A stretch of 62,873 nt of DNA, taken from IMG/VR virus record IMGVR_UViG_3300009154_000059, positions 1-62,873 of that record. One strand, given 5' to 3'. Positions 56,057 to 62,873 of the stretch are shown one piece after another. Position numbers and translations under genes: made by a program. The notes beneath the pieces are model-generated. The model did no database searches, had not been told where the DNA came from, and saw only the letters and a list, made by a program, of their open reading frames with translations. Each line of letters starts with the position of its first letter. The stretch's first letter is position 1. This DNA comes from a virus. Lineage: Duplodnaviria > Caudoviricetes.

Positions 56057-56578
56057 ATGAGTTATATAGTAGTAGATGTAGAATCAGATGGTCCTTTATT
56101 AGGAGTAAATTCAATGGTATGTTTTGGTGCAGTATTAATAGATAAAGAAGGTAAATTAGAAAAAACTTTTTATGGACAAATAAAACCAATAAGTAAAGAA
56201 TATAATCCAGAAGCATTATCTATTAGTGGTTTTACAAGAAAAGAGCATGAAAATTTTGAAGAACCTGAACAAGTTATGACAAGATTTGCAGATTGGTTAG
56301 AAAATAATTCAGAAAATAGTCCTGTTTTATTATCTGATAATAATGGTTATGATGCAAGTTGGATTAACTATTACTTTTTAAGATTTTATGGTAAAAATCC
56401 TTTTGGATGGTCATCTAGAAGAATAGGAGATATGTTTTGTGGATTTTTTAATAATGGAAAATATTCTTGGAAAAAACACAGGAAAACTTCTCACACACAT
56501 CATCCAGTTGATGATGCAAAAGGAAATGCAGAGGCATTGCTTTATTTGATTAATCAAGGATATAAACTAAAATTATAA
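56057..56578 (+). CDS. DEDDh 3'-5' exonuclease (RNase AS / DnaQ-like)
   Basis: Start MSYIVVDVESDG (ExoI DxE), NGYD (ExoII), HHPVDDA (ExoIII). Confidence 0.85.
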   Translation: MSYIVVDVESDGPLLGVNSMVCFGAVLIDKEGKLEKTFYGQIKPISKEYNPEALSISGFTRKEHENFEEPEQVMTRFADWLENNSENSPVLLSDNNGYDASWINYYFLRFYGKNPFGWSSRRIGDMFCGFFNNGKYSWKKHRKTSHTHHPVDDAKGNAEALLYLINQGYKLKL

Positions 56579-56922
56579 TGAAAAATAAAGAAACACTTGA
56601 AGAAACTGCTGAAAAACAGGCACAATTATCTTATTATGGAGATGAAGTAAATGCTTTTGTTAGGGGTAGCGTATTTGGTGCTAAATGGCAAAAAGAACAG
56701 TACACAATAGAAGAACAGCACGTTGGACATACTATTGATGAACTTAGTAAAGAATATATTAAAGGATTTAATGAAGGTTCAGCTTGGCAACAAGAAAGAA
56801 GTTATAGTGAGGAAGAAGTAAGTGAATTGGTTTATAATATCATTGGACAATATGCTAATCAAGTTAACATTATGATTGATGGAGATATAATTAATAGGTT
56901 ATTTGAACAATTTAAAAAATAA
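56578..56922 (+). CDS. Hypothetical protein with internal repeat
   Basis: GAKWQKE / GSAWQQE repeats. Confidence 0.7.
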   Translation: MKNKETLEETAEKQAQLSYYGDEVNAFVRGSVFGAKWQKEQYTIEEQHVGHTIDELSKEYIKGFNEGSAWQQERSYSEEEVSELVYNIIGQYANQVNIMIDGDIINRLFEQFKK

Positions 56923-56925
56923 GTT

Positions 56926-57231
56926 ATGAAAACAGCAATAGAACATTTAGTAGAGCAGTTGAAAGAGCAAATTCACAAATCTTTAAATAATGAATTAGGA
57001 ACTCAAAGAACAGGAGATTATAGAATTGGATTAACTAAAGCTATTGAATTAGCTGAACAAGCCAAACAACTAGAGAAAGAGCAGGCAGATAATTTTGCTA
57101 TTGAGTTTGCAGAGTGGTGTACTATAAATTATCCTAATCAAAGAAAGTTTTTATTAAAGCAAGGAAATTTAAAAGGTTTTTATACAACAAAAGAACTATT
57201 AGAAATCTATAAAAAAGAAAAAGAATTATGA
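56926..57231 (+). CDS. Hypothetical protein
   Basis: 101 aa, MKTAIE..FAIEFAEW. Confidence 0.7.
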   Translation: MKTAIEHLVEQLKEQIHKSLNNELGTQRTGDYRIGLTKAIELAEQAKQLEKEQADNFAIEFAEWCTINYPNQRKFLLKQGNLKGFYTTKELLEIYKKEKEL

Positions 57232-57659
57232 AAAAATACAAACACAAAAAACTAGGATGGGTTGCAGAATTTGACACAGATAATTTTTATACAACTGAAG
57301 ATTATTATATCCCCAAAGAACTAATCGAAAATTCAGAAGATTGGAAAGAAATTAAAGAACCTATTTTAACCACAGAAGATGGAGTAGAATTTTTTGAGGG
57401 GGATCTAGTAATTCCTGTTGAAATAACTGCTTTTAAAATAATGGTAAATTATATTGTTGATGTAAATATTTTTAAAAATCTACCTAATAAGTATTATAAA
57501 TTTTTCGCTAAAATAGAAAACGCAGAAGAATATGTACTAATGAATCAGAAGTTGTTGAGTTTGCAGGATTTGATTGATGTAACAGAATTTAAAGATTTTA
57601 AAGATTATATAGGGTTTTATATGTATAAACAAAAAGCAATTAAAAATAAAGAGATATGA
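57228..57659 (+). CDS. Hypothetical protein
   Basis: 143 aa, ATGA-coupled, TTEDGVEFFEGD. Confidence 0.7.
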   Translation: MKKYKHKKLGWVAEFDTDNFYTTEDYYIPKELIENSEDWKEIKEPILTTEDGVEFFEGDLVIPVEITAFKIMVNYIVDVNIFKNLPNKYYKFFAKIENAEEYVLMNQKLLSLQDLIDVTEFKDFKDYIGFYMYKQKAIKNKEI

Positions 57660-57982
57660 AAACACTAAACAAAACAATGATGCAATATGTGTTGGAAGTA
57701 GAAAAGACGAAATATTTAAAAATGATGGATAAGTTAATTAAAATTAATGATTATGCAAAGTTTATATCTCAACCTCCAACAATAGAAATGTTTATTGGAG
57801 ATAATAAGATTTTTGAAGGGTTTTTAGCTGATGAAGAAGAAACTTGTATCTTTTTAGTAAGTGCAGATTTAGATTTAGTTTATAATAGACCAACAAAAAA
57901 ATTCTACACTTATTCAGATATGCCAATCAATACCCTAGAAGATTTAATACCTTATAATTTAAAATTAAATAAAGAGATATGA
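57656..57982 (+). CDS. Hypothetical protein flanked by 21 bp direct repeats
   Basis: 108 aa; AAATAAAGAGATATGAAAACA at 57644-57664 and 57967-57987. Confidence 0.7.
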   Translation: MKTLNKTMMQYVLEVEKTKYLKMMDKLIKINDYAKFISQPPTIEMFIGDNKIFEGFLADEEETCIFLVSADLDLVYNRPTKKFYTYSDMPINTLEDLIPYNLKLNKEI

Positions 57983-58016
57983 AAACAGCAACAATTGAAA
58001 TTGTAAAAGCTATGTT

Positions 58017-58196
58017 ATGACAGAATCTCAAATCTTAGAGAAAAGAATATGGAATATATTTAATATGGAGGATATAAAAAAGTCTGATGTTAAGGAGGCA
58101 AATAGTTTAATTAAGAATTGGAAGTTTTTAAATAATCGGGAAGAGGATGATATTTATCCTTTAATAAATGATGTATTAGATAATGAAATAAAATAA
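58017..58196 (+). CDS. Unlisted 59 aa protein
   Basis: MTESQILEKRIWNIF...VLDNEIK, fills the gap before 58199. Confidence 0.6.
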   Translation: MTESQILEKRIWNIFNMEDIKKSDVKEANSLIKNWKFLNNREEDDIYPLINDVLDNEIK

Positions 58197-58198
58197 TA

Positions 58199-58606
58199 AT
58201 GTATAAATATGAAGCAGAGCTCTGTTTTAGGAGTTATATTCCTGATAAATTAGAAAAAGGAATGTTATTTATGGAAATGTTATGGAATCAAGAAAAGAGT
58301 TTTTTTAAATTAGAATCTATTCCAGAAGACAAAGAAGAGTTTATGTCTAAATATGGAACTCCTATAGAGCTTTTTATAGCAGATGAAGAAGGAGAAATTC
58401 TTGCTACTCCTAATGAAATAGGATGGATGGAGATTGAAGAAGAAATAAGGGAGATAACAGTTGAAGATTTAAACTATATAGTTAATGTATGTTTAGGATG
58501 GATTGAAATAGAAATATATGAAGAATTTTTTGATGAAGATGAATCTATTATTCCTAATTATATAGAAGAAAAAGTTATAATTAGTTTTTTAGAAGGAGAA
58601 GAATAA
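58199..58606 (+). CDS. Highly acidic hypothetical protein
   Basis: 135 aa, very Glu-rich. Confidence 0.7.
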   Translation: MYKYEAELCFRSYIPDKLEKGMLFMEMLWNQEKSFFKLESIPEDKEEFMSKYGTPIELFIADEEGEILATPNEIGWMEIEEEIREITVEDLNYIVNVCLGWIEIEIYEEFFDEDESIIPNYIEEKVIISFLEGEE

Positions 58607-58607
58607 T

Positions 58608-58615
58608 TATATTTG
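58608..58615 (+). promoter_or_regulatory. Bacteroidota -7 element TATATTTG upstream of the DNA polymerase
   Basis: Exact TAnnTTTG, intergenic, 20 nt upstream of ATG 58636. Confidence 0.55.
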
Positions 58616-58635
58616 TTACATAAAAATAAAAACTA

Positions 58636-60654
58636 ATGAATTACATTATAACAAAAAACATTAAGCACTATCAAAAGATAGGAGAATATAATTATTGTAA
58701 ATTAGAAGATATGATTCTTCCTGATTTATTAGCAGTGGATAGTGAAACCACAGGTATTCAATCTAGACATAATGATATGTTTTGTTTACAAATTGGAACA
58801 GGGGAGAATAATTATATAATTGACTTTTATACTAGTGAAGATGCTTATACATTTAAAGATGTTATTCCTTATTTAGAGAATAAAGAATTAATATTTCATA
58901 ATGGAACATTTGATTTACAATTCTTTTATAAGCATGGATTTTATCCTGAAAGAGTTAGAGATACAATGATTGCTTCTAAAATTCTTTATAATGGAGATAT
59001 AGAGAATTTAAAAAATGATTTTGGAACAGTTATGCAAAGAGAGCTTAATGTATATTTAGACAAATATGAACAGAAGAATATACATATAGTTAAACTTTCT
59101 CAAGCTAGTACAATAGAGTACTCTTTTAATGATGTAGATAGGCTTATAGAGTTACATGAAGTGTTGTGTAATAAAATTGATTCTGGAGGTTATAGAGAAA
59201 CATATGATTTACATTGTAGATATATTAGAGCTCTTGCTTATATGGAGAGTTGTGGTCTTCCTATTAGTTCTAAATTATGGAAAGATAAGATGGATGAAGA
59301 TTTAATTAATGCTACTAAATGGAGGAAAAAAATAGAAGAATATATATATGACAATATTCTAAAATTTGCTGATCAACAATTAGATATGTTTGATACAGAA
59401 AAAAGAATATTAGTTAATATAACTTCTCCTATACAAATGGTTAAAGTGTTTAAAGAATTAGGAATTAATACTTGGGATAAAAAAGAAGAAAAAGATAGTA
59501 TTAATGAGTCTATTATATCTAAATCTAAACATGAGTTTGTAAAACTATGGCTTGATTTTCAAGAAGCAAACCACAGAATAAGTACATTTGGTCAATCTAT
59601 ATATGAAAAAATAGAGAAAGAACGTATATATACTAATTTTAATCCTATGGTAGATACAGCTAGACTCTCTACTAGAAAAGGATGTATTAATTTTTTAAAC
59701 TTTCCTTCAGATTCTATTACTAGAAAATGTTTTATTGCTAATAAAGGAAATGTAATGGTTGTATGTGACTATTCAGGACAAGAAAATTTTGTTGCTGCTG
59801 ATTTATCTGGAGATGCTGCTATGACAGCTTCTGTTGTTAATGGAGATGATTTACATTGTGCTTTTGCTAGAGTTTTATATCCAGAGTTAAAAGATTTAAG
59901 TGATGAAGAAATAATTAAAAACCATAAAGCAAAAAGACAAGCAGCTAAAAGTCCTAGATTTGCATTTGCTTATGGTGGTAGTGCATATACTATTCACTTA
60001 AATGAAGGAATTCCATTAGAAGAAGCTTATAAAATAGAAAACTCTTTTAAAGAATTACATGAAGGATTGTATACATGGGGAAATAAAGTATTTGAATTAG
60101 CTATTAAAAAAGGATATATAGAATCTGCTGATGGTTGGAAATTAAAACTCCCTAAGTTTGATAAGTTTGTAGAATATAAAGCTAAAGTGGAAGAACTCTC
60201 TAAAGAAGATTGGCAAATATATAAACAAGGAAAATTAGATTATAAAAAGAAAATCAGTGAAAAAGAAAAAGGAGTAGAATATAACTATGAGTATCCTAAA
60301 TCTGTAAAATTTTATAAATCTAAAAAAGATATAGTTTCTACATTCTTTAAACTTAAATCAGAGTATCAAAGATTAGCACTCAACAACCCTGTGCAAAGCA
60401 GGAGTGCCCACCAATTAAAGCTAGCCACAACTATACTTTTTGATTGGATTTTGGCTAGTAATAATATTAATAAAATTAAAATCGTTAACACTGTACATGA
60501 TGAAATAATTGTAGAATGTCCTGAAGAGTTAGCAGAAATAGCCAAAGAACAAGTTGAAAAAGCTATGTTAGAAGGAGGAAATTATTATTTAACTAATTTA
60601 AAAATCAAAGCAGACGCTAGTATAGGAAATAGCTGGGGATCTGCAAAAAACTAA
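58636..60654 (+). CDS. polA: Family A DNA polymerase with 3'-5' exonuclease
   Basis: Exo motifs DSET, HNGTFD, YSFND; polymerase motif A DYSGQE, motif B RQAAKSPRFAFAYG, motif C VHDEI. Confidence 0.95.
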   Translation: MNYIITKNIKHYQKIGEYNYCKLEDMILPDLLAVDSETTGIQSRHNDMFCLQIGTGENNYIIDFYTSEDAYTFKDVIPYLENKELIFHNGTFDLQFFYKHGFYPERVRDTMIASKILYNGDIENLKNDFGTVMQRELNVYLDKYEQKNIHIVKLSQASTIEYSFNDVDRLIELHEVLCNKIDSGGYRETYDLHCRYIRALAYMESCGLPISSKLWKDKMDEDLINATKWRKKIEEYIYDNILKFADQQLDMFDTEKRILVNITSPIQMVKVFKELGINTWDKKEEKDSINESIISKSKHEFVKLWLDFQEANHRISTFGQSIYEKIEKERIYTNFNPMVDTARLSTRKGCINFLNFPSDSITRKCFIANKGNVMVVCDYSGQENFVAADLSGDAAMTASVVNGDDLHCAFARVLYPELKDLSDEEIIKNHKAKRQAAKSPRFAFAYGGSAYTIHLNEGIPLEEAYKIENSFKELHEGLYTWGNKVFELAIKKGYIESADGWKLKLPKFDKFVEYKAKVEELSKEDWQIYKQGKLDYKKKISEKEKGVEYNYEYPKSVKFYKSKKDIVSTFFKLKSEYQRLALNNPVQSRSAHQLKLATTILFDWILASNNINKIKIVNTVHDEIIVECPEELAEIAKEQVEKAMLEGGNYYLTNLKIKADASIGNSWGSAKN

Positions 60655-60661
60655 TAAATAT

Positions 60662-60910
60662 ATGAAAGCAAAATTAATATTTGATTTTTCAAAACCAGGA
60701 GATGATTTAATTTATAGAAGAACTAATAAAGCACTTGATTTATCATTAGCTATATTTGATATTCTTCAAATTAGAAGAGAATTAACTAAAGAATGGGAAT
60801 CTAAAGAAGAATTAAATAATGAATATATAAATGGAGTTAATAGATTTTCAGAAGAAATAAAAAATATATTAGAGGCATATAATATAAATATAGATGATTT
60901 AATAGAATGA
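60662..60910 (+). CDS. Hypothetical protein
   Basis: 82 aa, MKAKLIFDF. Confidence 0.7.
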   Translation: MKAKLIFDFSKPGDDLIYRRTNKALDLSLAIFDILQIRRELTKEWESKEELNNEYINGVNRFSEEIKNILEAYNINIDDLIE

Positions 60911-60979
60911 ATTATAAAGAAGGAAATAAAACTCTAATTATATCTTTTATAATTAGTATAATAGTAATATGTATTATAT

Positions 60980-61231
60980 ATGGACATTTTAATTGATTGG
61001 GAGTATGAATATAATAAAGATTATATTTATGCTTTAGAAAGACAAAAAGATATTGAAAACTCTTGGAGAGAATTTGAAGAAAGACAACCAGCTAAAATAA
61101 TTATAAATGAAATTAAACCTAGAAGTAGAACATTTTATAGAGCTACAAAAAAAATCTTACAGCTTAGATCACATCTTTTTACTAAAACTAATTCAAGAAC
61201 AATTAGACATAACACAAATATGTTTAGATAG
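60980..61231 (+). CDS. Hypothetical protein
   Basis: 83 aa; 3' half overlaps the next gene. Confidence 0.5.
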   Translation: MDILIDWEYEYNKDYIYALERQKDIENSWREFEERQPAKIIINEIKPRSRTFYRATKKILQLRSHLFTKTNSRTIRHNTNMFR

Positions 61232-61709
61232 TGTTAAGATAAATACTCTATATAGTTCTCTTATTAGAAAAGGATTAATAAGTGAGGATAATAAACTAAC
61301 TTTACTGGGAGAAGAAATGTTAGAGTTTATAAATACAGAAGGAGAGAATATTAAACTCAATAAAAAAGTTGTTAATGTAAATGATTTTGATTTGTGGTGG
61401 GAAACATTTCCTTCTAATAATGGATTTGATGTATTTAAAGCTACTAGAACTTTTAAAGTGAAGAAAGATGATTGTAAAACTCTTTTTAATAAATATGTAA
61501 ATGAAAAGAAATATACAGCTAAAGAGATTATAGATGCTACTAAGTATGATGTAGAAATAAGAAAAGAAAACTCTATAAAGAAAAGAGAAAATCAATTAAC
61601 ATTTTTACAAAACTCTCACACTTATTTATATCAAGAATCATTTCAAGGATTTATAGGACTAGAGATAAAAGAAAACAAAAAAGAAGATTATGATGGAATC
61701 AACGTTTGA
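61107..61709 (+). CDS. Putative replication initiator / helicase loader (wHTH plus DnaD-like C-terminal domain)
   Basis: SSLIRKGLI..LTLLG wHTH; FDLWWETFP..KDDCKTLF..NSHTYL; directly upstream of the helicase. Confidence 0.55.
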   Translation: MKLNLEVEHFIELQKKSYSLDHIFLLKLIQEQLDITQICLDSVKINTLYSSLIRKGLISEDNKLTLLGEEMLEFINTEGENIKLNKKVVNVNDFDLWWETFPSNNGFDVFKATRTFKVKKDDCKTLFNKYVNEKKYTAKEIIDATKYDVEIRKENSIKKRENQLTFLQNSHTYLYQESFQGFIGLEIKENKKEDYDGINV

Positions 61710-62799
61710 TAAACTCAATCAAGATATATTAGATGGAATAGCAGGAAAAAACGAAGGAATACCAATAGGACTTCCTAAACTAGGTAGATATATGAATATT
61801 AGAAAAAATATTCTAACTCTTATATTCTCTACTACTGGTGCAGGTAAATCAGCTATGGTGGATACTATTATTCTTAATGCTTGTGATTATCATATGAGTT
61901 ATAGTTCTAAACTTAAACCAGATTTTCAGTTATTTTCTATGGAGAGAGCTTCTAAAATTAGAATAGCTAAATGGTTATGTTTTATTATATTTAATAAAGA
62001 AGGGGAAGAAATTCAGTTAGCTAAAATGATGGGATGGTGGGATGAAAAACTCTCTAAATCTGAACACTCTCTTATACTTAAATATAAAGACTATATTGAT
62101 TGTTTATTAAATGATTATGTTTCTATACATGAAGGAGCTAAAACTCCAAATGAAGTATTTAAAGCGATGAAAGATCACTTTGAAAATAAAGGAGTGTATG
62201 ATACAAAAATAATAATAGACCCTAAAACAGGGAAAGAGAGAAAAACAAAAATTTATATTCCTAATAATGAAAAAGAAATAGTTATTCCAATATTTGACCA
62301 TGGTAATCTAACTAAAACAACACAAGCTCTTCCTTCTAAAAAAGCAGCTATAGACAAACTAGTAGAAATGGTTCAAGAAATGAGGGATTTAGAATCTTGT
62401 GCTCCTATATGGATAAGTCAAGTTAATAGATCTATTTCTGGAGTTTCTAGACAAAAAGATGGAGAGCATGAATTAACACTAGAAGATGTTAAAGAATCAG
62501 GTGATATAGTAGATGCTTGTGATATTGCTCTAAGTATATTTGATCCTCTTAAATATAAACAAAGCTCTAAAACAGGATATGAACCTATAGACTTTGTAGA
62601 TAAATCTAATGGTAATAATTACTTTAGGAGTGCTCAAATACTTAAATCAAGTTATGGAGCAGACTCAATTAGAATTCCTTTAGCTTTCAATGGTTTTGCA
62701 GGACAATTTAAAGAATTGCCTAAAAGAAATGATATGTCTGAAAAAGAATATAAAGAATTAATAGATGATGTACTAACAAAAAAATACTTTTTAAAATGA
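61690..62799 (+). CDS. dnaB: DnaB-like SF4 replicative helicase
   Basis: Walker A TGAGKS, FSME, IFDH, ISQVNR, DVKESGDIVDACD. Confidence 0.88.
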   Translation: MMESTFDKLNQDILDGIAGKNEGIPIGLPKLGRYMNIRKNILTLIFSTTGAGKSAMVDTIILNACDYHMSYSSKLKPDFQLFSMERASKIRIAKWLCFIIFNKEGEEIQLAKMMGWWDEKLSKSEHSLILKYKDYIDCLLNDYVSIHEGAKTPNEVFKAMKDHFENKGVYDTKIIIDPKTGKERKTKIYIPNNEKEIVIPIFDHGNLTKTTQALPSKKAAIDKLVEMVQEMRDLESCAPIWISQVNRSISGVSRQKDGEHELTLEDVKESGDIVDACDIALSIFDPLKYKQSSKTGYEPIDFVDKSNGNNYFRSAQILKSSYGADSIRIPLAFNGFAGQFKELPKRNDMSEKEYKELIDDVLTKKYFLK

Positions 62800-62873
62800 A
62801 AAATAAAATTCAAGAAATTAACGATTACTTTGTAAATAAAATTATAACAAAAGATTATGAAATTGTAAAAACA
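62796..62873 (+). CDS. Partial ORF truncated by window end
   Basis: ATGA overlap with the helicase stop; MKNKIQEINDYFVNKII... Confidence 0.55.
   Translation, partial: MKNKIQEINDYFVNKIITKDYEIVKT

Noticed and set aside
50440-62301. Minus-strand ORFs 50440..50646, 56007..56216, 61320..61595, 62107..62301
   Set aside because: Antisense to well-supported plus-strand genes, with no independent coding signal.
1-62873. Stop-codon reassignment (TAG/TGA) as in some crAss-like phages
   Set aside because: Genes are full length in code 11. TAG ends the MCP and TGA ends several coupled genes; no suppressor tRNA was seen.

Overview
This window is a ~63 kb segment of an AT-rich crAss-like (Crassvirales-related) dsDNA phage in the standard genetic code. 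The host is probably Bacteroidota (Flavobacteriia-like), inferred from TAnnTTTG promoter motifs and A-rich starts lacking Shine-Dalgarno sequences. Positions 1-50,000 form a minus-strand virion block: small DNA-binding genes, TerL, portal, scaffold-like protein, major capsid protein, ring/tail proteins, a collar fibre, a metallophosphoesterase, a tail stabilisation (muzzle) protein apparently split over three genes, three large cargo/ejection proteins, and a >4,119 aa virion RNA polymerase. The RNAP is absent from the ORF track because it runs off the left edge; it carries GFRIPTQ and GSDFDIDK motifs. Two GIY-YIG and one HNH endonuclease are inserted in this block. A repeat- and hairpin-rich non-coding divergence region (~48.9-51.3 kb) leads to a plus-strand early/replication arm with many small ORFs, a DEDDh exonuclease, family A DNA polymerase, a putative initiator/loader and a DnaB-like helicase. 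The most interesting signals are (i) two cargo proteins punctuated about 25 times by a phi-[QK]-x-G-(G) motif that delimits unrelated modules, a possible GG-cleaved polyprotein or encapsidation-signal system; (ii) tandem swappable cassettes with conserved border motifs inside the giant RNAP; (iii) the three-way split muzzle gene with poly-Thr-tethered accessory domains; and (iv) structured RNA/DNA elements after the capsid gene and at the divergence point. Functional calls come from motif recognition and synteny only; no searches were run.
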